Of a stretch of 54,087 nucleotides of DNA, positions 10,569 through 24,969 are shown piece by piece (position 1 is the first letter of the stretch; each line of letters begins with the position of its first letter). Position numbers and translations under genes: made by a program. A model generated the notes under the pieces. That model had not been told where the DNA came from and searched no databases. It saw only the letters and a program-made list of their open reading frames with translations. Source of the DNA: Nemertoderma westbladi (lineage: Eukaryota; Animalia; Xenacoelomorpha); the NCBI GenBank assembly GCA_032718475.1, contig JAUCBJ010006779.1, positions 1 to 54,087 of the forward strand, in the 5' to 3' direction.

Positions 10569-13500
10569 ATTATTAGGACCGAGTAGCGAGACCTCTAGTA
10601 TTCACTACGTTATTAGGTCCCCGTAGCGAGACCTCTAGTATTCACTCCGTTATTAGGTACGAGTAGCGAGACCACTAGTATTCACTCCGTTATTAGGTAC
10701 GAGTAGCGAGACCTCTAGTATTCACTCCGTTATTAGGTACGAGTAGCGAGACCTCTAGTATTCACTCCGTTATTAGGTACGAGTAGCGAGACCTCTAGTA
10801 GTCACTCCGTTATTAGGTACGAGTAGCGAGACCTCTAGTATTCACTCCGTTATTAGGTACGAGTAGCGAGACCTCTAGTATTCACTCCGTTATTAGGTAC
10901 GAGTAGCGAGACCTCTAGTATTCACTCCGTTACTTTAGGTCCGCGTAGCGAGACCTCTAGTATTCACTCCGTTATTAGGTACGAGTAGCGAGACCTCTAG
11001 TATTCACTCCGTTATTAGGTACGAGTAGCGAGACCTCTAGTATTCACTCCGTTATTAGGTACGAGTAGCGAGACCTCTAGTATTCACTCCGTTATTAGGT
11101 ACGAGTAGCGAGACCTCTAGTATTCACTCCGTTATTAGGTCCGCGTAGCGAGACCTCTAGTATTCACTCCGTTATTAGGTACGAGTAGCGAGACCTCTAG
11201 TATTCACTCCGTTATTAGGTACGAGTAGCGAGACCTCTAGTATTCACTCCGTTATTAGGTACGAGTAGCGAGACCTCTAGTATTCACTCCGTTATTAGGT
11301 ACGAGTAGCGAGACCTCTAGTATTCACTCCGTTATTAGGTACGAGTAGCGAGACCTCTAGTATTCACTCCGTTATTAGGTACGAGTAGCGAGACCTCTAG
11401 TATTCACTCCGTTATTAGGTCCGCGTAGCGAGACCTCTAGTATTCACTCCGTTATTAGGTACGAGTAGCGAGACCTCTAGTATTCACTCCGTTATTAGGT
11501 ACGAGTAGCGAGACCTCTAGTATTCACTCCGTTATTAGGTACGAGTAGCGAGACCTCTAGTATTCACTCCGTTATTAGGTACGAGTAGCGAGACCTCTAG
11601 TATTCACTCCGTTATTAGGTACGAGTAGCGAGACCTCTAGTATTCACTCCGTTATTAGGTACGAGTAGCGAGACCTCTAGTATTCACTCCGTTATTAGGT
11701 ACGAGTAGCGAGACCTCTAGTATTCACTCCGTTATTAGGTACGAGTAGCGAGACCTCTAGTATTCACTCCGTTATTAGGTACGAGTAGCGAGACCTCTAG
11801 TATTCACTCCGTTATTAGGTACGAGTAGCGAGACCTCTAGTATTCACTCCGTTATTAGGTACGAGTAGCGAGACCTCTAGTATTCACTCCGTTATTAGGT
11901 ACGAGTAGCGAGACCTCTAGTATTCACTCCGTTATTAGGTACGAGTAGCGAGACCTCTAGTATTCACTCCGTTATTAGGTCCGCGTAGCGAGACCTCTAG
12001 TATTCACTCCGTTATTAGGTACGAGTAGCGAGACCTCTAGTATTCACTCCGTTATTAGGTCCGCGTAGCGAGACCTCTAGTATTCACTCCGTTATTAGGT
12101 ACGAGTAGCGAGACCTCTAGTATTCACTCCGTTATTAGGTACGAGTAGCGAGACCTCTAGTATTCACTCCGTTATTAGGTACGAGTAGCGAGACCTCTAG
12201 TATTCACTCCGTTATTAGGTACGAGTAGCGAGACCTCTAGTATTCACTCCGTTATTAGGTCCGAGTAGCGAGACCTCTAGTATTCACTCCGTTATTAGGT
12301 ACGAGTAGCGAGACCTCTAGTATTCACTCCGTTATTAGGTACGAGTAGCGAGACCTCTAGTATTCACTCCGTTATTAGGTCCGCGTAGCGAGACCTCTAG
12401 TATTCACTCCGTTATTAGGTACGAGTAGCGAGACCTCTAGTATTCACTCCGTTAGTAGGTCCGCGTAGCGAGACCTCTAGTATTCACTCCGTTATTAGGT
12501 ACGAGTAGCGAGACCTCTAGTATTCACTCCGTTATTAGGTACGAGTAGCGAGACCTCTAGTATTCACTCCGTTATTAGGTACGAGTAGCGAGACCTCTAG
12601 TATTCACTCCGTTATTAGGTACGAGTAGCGAGACCTCTAGTATTCACTCCGTTATTAGGTACGAGTAGCGAGACCTCTAGTATTCACTCCGTTATTAGGT
12701 CCGCGTAGCGAGACCTCTAGTATTCACTCCGTTATTAGGTACGAGTAGCGAGACCTCTAGTATTCACTCCGTTATTAGGTACGAGTAGCGAGACCTCTAG
12801 TATTCACTCCGTTATTAGGTCCGAGTAGCGAGACCTCTAGTATTCACTCCGTTATTAGGTCCGCGTAGCGAGACCTCTAGTATTCACTCCGTTATTAGGT
12901 ACGAGTAGCGAGACCTCTAGTATTCACTCCGTTATTAGGTACGAGTAGCGAGACCTCTAGTATTCACTCCGTTATTAGGTCCACGTAGCGAGACCTCTAG
13001 TATTCACTCCTTTATTAGGTACGAGTAGCGAGACCTCTAGTATTCACTCCGTTATTAGGTACGAGTAGCGAGACCTCTAGTATTCACTCCGTTATTAGGT
13101 ACGAGTAGCGAGACCTCTAGTATTCACTCCGTTATTAGGTACGAGTAGCGAGACCTCTAGTATTCACTCCGTTATTAGGTCCGAGTAGCGAGACCTCTAG
13201 TATTCACTCCGTTATTAGGTCCGCGAAGCGAGACCTCTAGTATTCACTCCGTTATTAGGTACGAGTAGCGAGACCTCTAATATCACTCCGTTAATAGGTA
13301 CGAGTAGCGAGACCTCTAGTATTCACTCCGTTATTAGGTCCACGTAGCGAGACCTCTAGTATTCACTCCTTTATTAGGTACGAGTAGCGAGACCTCTAGT
13401 ATTCACTCCGTTATTAGGTACGAGTAGCGAGACCTCTAGTATTCACTCCGTTATTAGGTACGAGTAGCGAGACCTCTAGTATTCACTCCGTTTGTAGGTC

Positions 13501-16500
13501 CGAGTAGCGAGACCTCTAGTATTCACTCCGTTATTAGGTCTGAGTAGCGAGACCTCTAGTATTCACTCCGTTATTAGGTCCGCGAAGCGAGACCTCTAGT
13601 ATTCACTCCGTTATTAGGTACGAGTAGTGAGACCTCTAGTATTCACTCCATTATTAGGTACGAGTAGCGAGACCTCTAGTATTCACTCCATTATAGGTAC
13701 GAGTAGCGAGACCTCTAGTATTCACTCCGCTATTAGGTACGAGTAGCGAGACCTCTAGTATTCACTCCGCTATTAGGTACGAGTAGCGAGACCTCTAGTA
13801 TTCACTCCGTTATTAGGTCCGCGTAGCGAGACCTCTAGTATTCACTCCGTTATTAGGTACGAGTAGCGAGACCTCTAGTATTCACTCCGCTATTAGGTAC
13901 GAGTAGCGAGACCTCTAGTATTCACTCCGTTATTAGGTACGAGTAGCGAGACCTCTAGTATTCACTCCGCTATTAGGTACGAGTAGCGAGACCTCTAGTA
14001 TTCACTCCGCTATTAGGTACGAGTAGCGAGACCTCTAGTATTCACTCCGTTATTAGGTCCGCGTAGCGAGACCTCTAGTATTCACTCCGTTATTAGGTAC
14101 GAGTAGCGAGACCTCTAGTATTCACTCCGCTATTAGGTACGAGTAGCGAGACCTCCAGTATTCACTCCGTTATTAGGTCCGAGTAGCGAGACCTCTAGTA
14201 TTCACTCCGTTATTAGGTACGAGTAGCGAGACCTCTAGTATTCACTCCGTTAGTAGGTACGAGTAGCGAGACCTCTAGTATTCACTCCGTTAGTAGGTAC
14301 GAGTAGCGAGACATCTAGTATTCACTCCGTTATTAGGTCCACGTAGCGAGACCTCTAGTATTCACTCCGTTAGTAGGTACGAGTAGCGAGACATCTAGTA
14401 TTCACTCCGTTAGTAGGTCCGCGTAGCGAGACCTCTAGTATTCACTCCGTTAGTAGGTCCGAGTAGCGAGACCTCTAGTATTCACTCCGTTATTAGGTAC
14501 GAGTAGCGAGACCTCTAGTATTCACTCCGTTATTAGGTCCGAGTAGCGAGACCTCTAGTATTCACTCCGTTATTAGGTACGAGTAGCGAGACCTCTAGTA
14601 TTCACTCCGTTAGTAGGTACGAGTAGCGAGACATCTAGTATTCACTCCGTTAGTAGGTCCGCGTAGCGAGACCTCTAGTATTCACTCCGTTAGTAGGTCC
14701 GAGTAGCGAGACCTCTAGTATTCACTCCGTTAGTAGGTCCGCGTAGCGAGACCTCTAGTATTCACTCCGTTAGTAGGTCCGAGTAGCGAGACCTCTAGTA
14801 TTCACTCCGTTATTAGGTACGAGTAGCGAGACCTCTAGTATTCACTCCGTTATTAGGTCCACGTAGCGAGACCTCTAGTATTCACTCCGTTATTAGGTAC
14901 GAGTAGCGAGACCTCTAGTATTCACTCCGTTAGTAGGTACGAGTAGCGAGACCTCTAGTATTCACTCCGTTAGTAGGTCCGCGTAGCGAGACCTCTAGTA
15001 TTCACTCCGTTAGTAGGTACGAGTAGCGAGACCTGTAGTATTCACTCCATTATTAGGTACGAGTAGCGAGATCTCTAGTATTCACTCCGTTATTAGGTAC
15101 GAGTAGCGAGACCTCTAGTATTGACTCCGTTAGTAGGTCCGCGTAGCGAGACCTCTAGTATTCACTCCATTAGTAGGTACGAGTAGCGAGACCTGTAGTA
15201 TTCACTCCGTTAGTAGGTCCGCGTAGCGAGATCTCTAGTATTCACTCCGTTATTAGGTACGAGTAGCGAGACCTCTAGTATTCACTCCGTTATTAGGTCC
15301 ACGTAGCAAGACCTCTAGTATTCACTCCGTTATTAGGTCCGAGTAGCGAGACCTCTAGTATTCACTCCGTTATTAGGTCCGAGTAGCGAGACCTCTAGTA
15401 TTCACTCCGTTATTAGGTACGAGTAGCGAGACCTCTAGTATTCACTCCGTTATTAGGTACGAGTAGCGAGACCTCTAGTATTCACTCCGTTATTAGGTAC
15501 GAGTAGCGAGACCTCTAGTATTCACTCCGTTATTAGGTACGCGTAGCGAGACCTCTAGTATTCACTCCGTTATTAGGTACGAGTAGCGAGACCTCTAGTA
15601 TTCACTCCGTTATTAGGTACGAGTAGCGAGACCTCTAGTATTCACTCCGTTATTAGGTACAAGTAGCGAGACCTCTAGTATTCACTCCGTTATTAGGTCC
15701 GAGTAGCGAGACCTCTAGTATTCACTCCGTTACTTTAGGTACGAGTAGCGAGACCTCTAGTATTCACTCCGTTATTAGGTACGAGTAGCGAGACCTCTAG
15801 TATTCACTCCGTTATTAGGTACAAGTAGCGAGACCTCTAGTATTCACTCCGTTATTAGGTCCGAGTAGCGAGACCTCTAGTATTCACTCCGTTATTAGGT
15901 CCGAGTAGCGAGACCTCTAGTATTCACTCCGTTATTAGGTCCGAGTAGCGAGACCTCTAGTATTCACTCCGTTATTAGGTCCGAGTAGCGAGACCTCTAG
16001 TATTCACTCCGTTATTAGGTACGAGTAGCGAGACCTCTAGTATTCACTCCGTTATTAGGTACGAGTAGCGAGACCTCTAGTATTCACTCCGTTATTAGGT
16101 ACAAGTAGCGAGACCTCTAGTATTCACTCCGTTATTAGGTCCGAGTAGCGAGACCTCTAGTATTCACTCCGTTATTAGGTACGAGTAGCGAGACCTCTAG
16201 TATTCACTCTGTTATTAGGTACGAGTAGCGAGACCTCTAGTATTCACTCTGTTATTAGGTACGAGTAGCGAGACCTCTAGTATTCACTCCGTTATTAGGT
16301 ACGAGTAGCGAGACCTCTAGTATTCACTCCGTTATTAGGTACGAGTAGCGAGACCTCTAGTATTCACTCCGTTATTAGGTCCGAGTAGCGAGACCTCTAG
16401 TATTCACTCCGTTTGTAGGTCCGAGTAGCGAGACCTCTAGTATTCACTCCGTTTGTAGGTACGAGTAGCGAGACCTCTAGTATCCACTCCGTTATTAGGT

Positions 16501-19500
16501 ACGAGTAGCGAGACCTCTAGTATTCACTCTGTTATTAGGTACGAGTAGCGAGACCTCTAGTATTCACTCTGTTATTAGGTACGAGTAGCGAGACCTCTAG
16601 TATTCACTCTGTTATTAGGTACGAGTAGCGAGACCTCTAGTATTCACTCTGTTATTAGGTACGAGTAGCGAGACCTCTAGTATTCACTCCGTTATTAGGT
16701 ACGAGTAGCGAGACCTCTAGTATTCACTCCGTTATTAGGTACGAGTAGCGAGACCTCTAGTATTCACTCCGTTATTAGGTACGAGTAGCGAGACCTCTAG
16801 TATTCACTCCGTTATTAGGTACGAGTAGCGAGACCTCTAGTATTCACTCCGTTATTAGGTCCGAGTAGCGAGACCTCTAGTATTCACTCCGTTATTAGGT
16901 CCGCGAAGCGAGACCTCTAGTATTCACTCCGTTATTAGGTACGAGTAGCGAGACCTCTAATATCACTCCGTTAATAGGTACGAGTAGCGAGACCTCTAGT
17001 ATTCACTCCGTTATTAGGTCCACGTAGCGAGACCTCTAGTATTCACTCCTTTATTAGGTACGAGTAGCGAGACCTCTAGTATTCACTCCGTTATTAGGTA
17101 CGAGTAGCGAGACCTCTAGTATTCACTCCGTTATTAGGTACGAGTAGCGAGACCTCTAGTATTCACTCCGTTTGTAGGTCCGAGTAGCGAGACCTCTAGT
17201 ATTCACTCCGTTATTAGGTCTGAGTAGCGAGACCTCTAGTATTCACTCCGTTATTAGGTCCGCGAAGCGAGACCTCTAGTATTCACTCCGTTATTAGGTA
17301 CGAGTAGTGAGACCTCTAGTATTCACTCCATTATTAGGTACGAGTAGCGAGACCTCTAGTATTCACTCCATTATAGGTACGAGTAGCGAGACCTCTAGTA
17401 TTCACTCCGCTATTAGGTACGAGTAGCGAGACCTCTAGTATTCACTCCGCTATTAGGTACGAGTAGCGAGACCTCTAGTATTCACTCCGTTATTAGGTCC
17501 GCGTAGCGAGACCTCTAGTATTCACTCCGTTATTAGGTACGAGTAGCGAGACCTCTAGTATTCACTCCGCTATTAGGTACGAGTAGCGAGACCTCTAGTA
17601 TTCACTCCGTTATTAGGTACGAGTAGCGAGACCTCTAGTATTCACTCCGCTATTAGGTACGAGTAGCGAGACCTCTAGTATTCACTCCGCTATTAGGTAC
17701 GAGTAGCGAGACCTCTAGTATTCACTCCGTTATTAGGTCCGCGTAGCGAGACCTCTAGTATTCACTCCGTTATTAGGTACGAGTAGCGAGACCTCTAGTA
17801 TTCACTCCGCTATTAGGTACGAGTAGCGAGACCTCCAGTATTCACTCCGTTATTAGGTCCGAGTAGCGAGACCTCTAGTATTCACTCCGTTATTAGGTAC
17901 GAGTAGCGAGACCTCTAGTATTCACTCCGTTAGTAGGTACGAGTAGCGAGACCTCTAGTATTCACTCCGTTAGTAGGTACGAGTAGCGAGACATCTAGTA
18001 TTCACTCCGTTATTAGGTCCACGTAGCGAGACCTCTAGTATTCACTCCGTTAGTAGGTACGAGTAGCGAGACATCTAGTATTCACTCCGTTAGTAGGTCC
18101 GCGTAGCGAGACCTCTAGTATTCACTCCGTTAGTAGGTCCGAGTAGCGAGACCTCTAGTATTCACTCCGTTATTAGGTACGAGTAGCGAGACCTCTAGTA
18201 TTCACTCCGTTATTAGGTCCGAGTAGCGAGACCTCTAGTATTCACTCCGTTATTAGGTACGAGTAGCGAGACCTCTAGTATTCACTCCGTTAGTAGGTAC
18301 GAGTAGCGAGACATCTAGTATTCACTCCGTTAGTAGGTCCGCGTAGCGAGACCTCTAGTATTCACTCCGTTAGTAGGTCCGAGTAGCGAGACCTCTAGTA
18401 TTCACTCCGTTAGTAGGTCCGCGTAGCGAGACCTCTAGTATTCACTCCGTTAGTAGGTCCGAGTAGCGAGACCTCTAGTATTCACTCCGTTATTAGGTAC
18501 GAGTAGCGAGACCTCTAGTATTCACTCCGTTATTAGGTCCACGTAGCGAGACCTCTAGTATTCACTCCGTTATTAGGTACGAGTAGCGAGACCTCTAGTA
18601 TTCACTCCGTTAGTAGGTACGAGTAGCGAGACCTCTAGTATTCACTCCGTTAGTAGGTCCGCGTAGCGAGACCTCTAGTATTCACTCCGTTAGTAGGTAC
18701 GAGTAGCGAGACCTGTAGTATTCACTCCATTATTAGGTACGAGTAGCGAGATCTCTAGTATTCACTCCGTTATTAGGTACGAGTAGCGAGACCTCTAGTA
18801 TTGACTCCGTTAGTAGGTCCGCGTAGCGAGACCTCTAGTATTCACTCCATTAGTAGGTACGAGTAGCGAGACCTGTAGTATTCACTCCGTTAGTAGGTCC
18901 GCGTAGCGAGATCTCTAGTATTCACTCCGTTATTAGGTACGAGTAGCGAGACCTCTAGTATTCACTCCGTTATTAGGTCCACGTAGCAAGACCTCTAGTA
19001 TTCACTCCGTTATTAGGTCCGAGTAGCGAGACCTCTAGTATTCACTCCGTTATTAGGTCCGAGTAGCGAGACCTCTAGTATTCACTCCGTTATTAGGTAC
19101 GAGTAGCGAGACCTCTAGTATTCACTCCGTTATTAGGTACGAGTAGCGAGACCTCTAGTATTCACTCCGTTATTAGGTACGAGTAGCGAGACCTCTAGTA
19201 TTCACTCCGTTATTAGGTATGCGTAGCGAGACCTCTAGTATTCACTCCGTTATTAGGTACGAGTAGCGAGACCTCTAGTATTCACTCCGTTATTAGGTAC
19301 GAGTAGCGAGACCTCTAGTATTCACTCCGTTATTAGGTACAAGTAGCGAGACCTCTAGTATTCACTCCGTTATTAGGTCCGAGTAGCGAGACCTCTAGTA
19401 TTCACTCCGTTACTTTAGGTACGAGTAGCGAGACCTCTAGTATTCACTCCGTTATTAGGTACGAGTAGCGAGACCTCTAGTATTCACTCCGTTATTAGGT

Positions 19501-22176
19501 ACAAGTAGCGAGACCTCTAGTATTCACTCCGTTATTAGGTCCGAGTAGCGAGACCTCTAGTATTCACTCCGTTATTAGGTCCGAGTAGCGAGACCTCTAG
19601 TATTCACTCCGTTATTAGGTCCGAGTAGCGAGACCTCTAGTATTCACTCCGTTATTAGGTCCGAGTAGCGAGACCTCTAGTATTCACTCCGTTATTAGGT
19701 ACGAGTAGCGAGACCTCTAGTATTCACTCCGTTATTAGGTACGAGTAGCGAGACCTCTAGTATTCACTCCGTTATTAGGTACAAGTAGCGAGACCTCTAG
19801 TATTCACTCCGTTATTAGGTCCGAGTAGCGAGACCTCTAGTATTCACTCCGTTATTAGGTACGAGTAGCGAGACCTCTAGTATTCACTCTGTTATTAGGT
19901 ACGAGTAGCGAGACCTCTAGTATTCACTCTGTTATTAGGTACGAGTAGCGAGACCTCTAGTATTCACTCCGTTATTAGGTACGAGTAGCGAGACCTCTAG
20001 TATTCACTCCGTTATTAGGTACGAGTAGCGAGACCTCTAGTATTCACTCCGTTATTAGGTCCGAGTAGCGAGACCTCTAGTATTCACTCCGTTTGTAGGT
20101 CCGAGTAGCGAGACCTCTAGTATTCACTCCGTTTGTAGGTACGAGTAGCGAGACCTCTAGTATCCACTCCGTTATTAGGTACGAGTAGCGAGACCTCTAG
20201 TATTCACTCTGTTATTAGGTACGAGTAGCGAGACCTCTAGTATTCACTCTGTTATTAGGTACGAGTAGCGAGACCTCTAGTATTCACTCTGTTATTAGGT
20301 ACGAGTAGCGAGACCTCTAGTATTCACTCTGTTATTAGGTACGAGTAGCGAGACCTCTAGTATTCACTCCGTTATTAGGTACGAGTAGCGAGACCTCTAG
20401 TATTCACTCCGTTATTAGGTACGAGTAGCGAGACCTCTAGTATTCACTCCGTTATTAGGTACGAGTAGCGAGACCTCTAGTATTCACTCCGTTATTAGGT
20501 ACGAGTAGCGAGACCTCTAGTATTCACTCCGTTATTAGGTACGAGTAGCGAGACCTCTAGTATTCACTCCGTTATTAGGTCCGAGTAGCGAGACCTCTAG
20601 TATTCACTCCGTTTGTAGGTCCAAGTAGCGAGACCTCTAGTATTCACTCCGTTATTAGGTACGAGTAGCGAGACCTCTAGTATTCACTCCGTTATTAGGT
20701 CCGCGTAGCGAGACCTCTAGTATTCACTCCGTTATTAGGAACGAGTAGCGAGACCACTAGTATTCACTCCGTTATTAGGAACGAGTAGCGAGACCACTAG
20801 TATTCACTCCGTTTGTAGGTCCGAGTAGCGAGACCTCTAGTATTCACTCCGTTATTAGGTACGAGTAGCGAGACCTCTAGTATTCACTCCGTTATTAGGA
20901 ACGAGTAGCGAGACCACTAGTATTCACTCCGTTATTAGGAACGAGTAGCGAGACCACTAGTATTCACTCCGTTATTAGGTCCGAGTAGCGAGACCTCTAG
21001 TATTCACTCCGTTATTAGGTCCGAGTAGCGAGACCTCTAGTATTCACTCCGTTATTAGGTACGAGTAGCGAGACCTCTAGTATTCACTCCGTTATTAGGT
21101 CCGAGTAGCTAGACATCTAGTATTCACTCCGTTATTAGGTACGAGTAGCGAGACCTCTAGTATTCACTCCGTTATTAGGAACGAGTAGCGAGACCACTAG
21201 TATTCACTCCGTTATTAGGAACGAGTAGCGAGACCACTAGTATTCACTCCGTTATTAGGTCCGAGTAGCGAGACCTCTAGTATTCACTCCGTTATTAGGT
21301 ACGAGTAGCGAGACCTCTAGTATTCACTCCGTTATTAGGTACGAGTAGCGAGACCTCTAGTATTCACTCCGTTATTAGGTCCGCGTAGCGAGACCTCTAG
21401 TATTCACTCCGTTATTAGGTACGAGTAGCGAGACCTCTAGTATTCACTCCGTTACTTTAGGTACGAGTAGCGAGACCTCTAGTATTCACTCCGTTATTAG
21501 GTCCGAGTAGCGAGACCTCTAGTATTCACTCCGTTATTAGGTCCGAGTAGCGAGACCTCTAGTATTCACTCCGTTATTAGGTCCGAGTAGCGAGACCTCT
21601 AGTATTCACTCCGTTATTAGGTCCGAGTAGCGAGACCTCTAGTATTCACTCCGTTATTAGGTACGAGTAGCGAGACCTCTAGTATTCACTCCGTTATTAG
21701 GTCCGAGTAGCTAGACATCTAGTATTCACTCCGTTATTAGGTACGAGTAGCGAGACCTCTAGTATTCACTCCGTTATTAGGAACGAGTAGCGAGACCACT
21801 AGTATTCACTCCGTTATTAGGAACGAGTAGCGAGACCACTAGTATTCACTCCGTTATTAGGTCCGAGTAGCGAGACCTCTAGTATTCACTCCGTTATTAG
21901 GTACGAGTAGCGAGACCTCTAGTATTCACTCCGTTATTAGGTACGAGTAGCGAGACCTCTAGTATTCACTCCGTTATTAGGTCCGCGTAGCGAGACCTCT
22001 AGTATTCACTCCGTTATTAGGTACGAGTAGCGAGACCTCTAGTATTCACTCCGTTACTTTAGGTACGAGTAGCGAGACCTCTAGTATTCACTCCGTTATT
22101 AGGTCCGAGTAGCGAGACCTCTAGTATTCACTCCGTTATTAGGTCCGAGTAGCGAGACCTCTAGTATTCACTCCGT
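10569..22176. repeat. 11.6-kb satellite array, 40-bp monomer TATTAGGTACGAGTAGCGAGACCTCTAGTATTCACTCCGT, ~290 copies
   Basis: Head-to-tail copies without spacers. Variant markers recur at a 3680-bp offset and a 602-bp offset. Confidence 0.99.
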
Positions 22177-22372
22177 CGTTGTTGTTGATTTCCAGATAGG
22201 TTTCAGTGTTATAAGGCTTCATACGGCTATGTGGCGAAGTTGGTATAGCGTTGGACTTGGAATCTCTAGGTACCGAGTTCAATCCCAGTTTCCGGTGAAT
22301 TTGTATTTGGTACTGTATTACGTAGGCTCATGCGTTAGTAGAGACTGACTTTTAAGCGATTTCGCACTTGTT
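22137..22372 (+). mobile_element. Short non-autonomous Helentron-like (HINE/DINE-1-type) element whose 5' end is the last satellite monomer
   Basis: T-rich start, AGGTC...GACCT hairpin, (GTT)n microsatellite and 3' GCGATTTCGCACTTGTT. A homologous single-monomer copy lies at 28806-29023. The family assignment is from architecture only. Confidence 0.6.
22225..22296 (+). pseudogene. tRNA-derived segment (SINE-head-like) with Pol III A and B boxes
   Basis: TGGCGAAGTTGG (A box) and GAGTTCAATCCC (B box) at tRNA spacing. Acceptor, anticodon and T stems pair poorly, so this is not a functional tRNA. Confidence 0.6.
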
Positions 22373-24383
22373 AAACTCAATCTCTATGGGAGTTAGTGAT
22401 TACAATGAGAATCATTGTCTACCAAGAGATACTGAGACAATGATTTCAACGATTTATTTAAATATTATTTATAAAGCTCTGAACTGTAACTGAGTATCAC
22501 GGATGGATAGCTTCTTTTATATGTATATCTCGTACAGTACCTACTCCATTAATACTTCCTTTATCCTGCAGTTCTCGGTTAGTAATTGAATTTATGGGGG
22601 TTTTAGTACGTTGGGACATCGGAATATATATTGGGTATCATAAATTTTGAGATAACATTTAAAATCGGTTCTAGAACATCCAAATGGACATGTTTTACAA
22701 AACCAAACTCACGATTGTAGTGCTAAAGTTTCGAACCCTAGCAATCAATTTTGTTGGATACTGTGTTTTAATTTTATTTTATTTCATATTTTGGAGGAAA
22801 TTAAATAAATAATCAAATAGAGTCATGAATACCAGCCATTAATAATGTTTTTCGTGATTAAATAAACAAAAATTATGTTTAATTTTGGAATCAGCCGTTC
22901 TCTGGGGGAATTTTTTCATTGAAAAATGTCAAAATTAAAATTAAAAAAATTCATAATAACTAAATAAAATCATATATATATTTGGAAAACTACTTTTTGT
23001 TGGAGATATACGGAGAAAAAATATTCATTAAAGGACTTTCACTACAGACATTCCCAATTATAAACATAGAGAATGTCACCAGCACTCGTAGCTAAAAACT
23101 CCTAAGGAGTCTGTTTCACAAAATGGTCAACCAATGTGGTAAAAAATAAACTTTCGTTTTGCATATTTTTAGTAGTATATACCATTAGACTACATTTGAA
23201 AGTCTATAAAATTGAAAATAATTATTGGTTTTTGTTTAGTTATCTCAAATTACAAGCTGTACTAAAATTTACATTTTTTTCAATTTTCACACAAAAAATG
23301 GCAATAAATGCAAAATGTGTGATATATTTGTTATAAATAATATTATTAACAAAAAATTTTTTCAAGAAATTTTATTGAAATATTAGTAATGGCAAATTCA
23401 ATGATTGTGGCATAATTCGTTACGTATTTAGGCATGGCCAGCAGTTCCAAAACTCGTTCCGTCCGTTACTTCCGTCCGTTACCATGAGTTACAATTTTCA
23501 ACCTAATTGGAGTAGTGTAGCACAGAATAAATAGTCCAGGTTTTTTGTAAGTTCTAATTTATTGTTAGAACAATAAAACTGGAAGAAGTTGAACATTTAG
23601 GTGCAAAATAAATATTGTTTTTAATTCGACTAACTTTTATTCCGTCCGTTACCTATTTAATTTCCGTCCGTTACCTAATTAATTACCATATTGTGAAATT
23701 ACCATAAGCACAATATTTCTGTTCTAATAATTTGTATGGTGTACCTGTGTCCTGCATGCATTATATATATCATGGTGTGTATAGTGTGGTCTGTTGAAGT
23801 ATCTTATGTATACTCTTATTACTGATTGTATGATATGTTTAAATGTATAGAGCACATAATGTCCGGAAGTACCTTATATATATTATGTAGAAGTGACGGC
23901 TCTTTTACATGCTGACTCAGACATACATTTGTAATTAGCATTGCAGTTATGGGAAATTCCAAATTCCAGAGGAGGGAAATTCAAAACAGCTTTCATTGTG
24001 ACTGCTTGACTTGGGCTGCACCATATTGACATACAATACAGAAATAATAGTATAACTACCTAAATCAGACTTGATATTACTGCATGTACCTTGCATAGCC
24101 TGAACTTCATTATGACTTTTATCCCACTAAAGCTGAGATGTTAATTATACTGTGCAGCTATTTTATTTATACATAATTGAATTCCTAAAAATAGATTAAT
24201 TGCTGTGTTGAATTGAAAATTAAATTGACTTATTAATACATTAGGCCTAAGTTATTCATTCAAAATAAGTAGGCCTACCAGTTGTCCATAGGCCTATTAT
24301 ATCATTATCAACTAATAATCTAATTTCTACTATCAACTCATCGAATAAACTCGGAACTGTCTGCACCATCTGGGCTTATAGAA

Positions 24384-24570
24384 ATGTCTAAGGATGCTAA
24401 AAAGCAAAAGGCTTATCGAGAACGGAAAAAGGCATCTGATCGGGAGGGATTTCTTGCAAAGGATAGAGAAAGAAAGCGTTTAAAAAGAGCTGAGGTTTAT
24501 GCTGATACGAATAAGCATGAGGCACTGAAATGTGTAGATCGTCTCAGAAAGAGACAATCTAAATGCAAAG
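24384..24570 (+). CDS. Probable first coding exon of the Sola2 transposase (basic, charged N-terminus)
   Basis: MSKDAKKQKAYRERKKASDREGFLAKDRERKRLKR followed by AT-rich intron-like DNA. The main ORF lacks a true ATG start. The exact splice junction is unresolved. Confidence 0.55.
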
Positions 24571-24969
24571 GTTGGCAATATTGGTAGAGCCTGCTGCATT
24601 TTTAAAAGGCAGAGGAAATATTTTGAATGAAGGCATATTTTTGTTTTGTTCCTTAGTTATTTTACAATTTAATTATTATCCTGTTTTAATTACCTGTTGT
24701 AATAGTATCAGAAAAAATATAATTTGAAGAAAGTTATTAATATTGTTCTGTTCATGTTCAAAGAAAGTTTCTAATCTGTATGGTATCTCCTGATTTTATT
24801 AATCTAAAATATTAAGTAAATTTACTGAAAATATATTGTTCGAATAAAAACAAGAGACATTTTTTTTTGTTTGAACCTAATTTTATGAACTCCATGCCAT
24901 ATATATATATATTTAGATAGATTTTTTATTACTGATTTAACATAAAAAAATCAGAGACCATTACCAATA

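Noticed and set aside
10569-22176. CRISPR-like array (CRISPR-sized, hairpin-containing repeat)
   Set aside because: Monomers are contiguous with no unique spacers, there are no cas genes, and the context is eukaryotic intron.
22225-22296. Functional tRNA gene
   Set aside because: Acceptor, anticodon and T stems do not pair properly, and it sits inside a repeated element.
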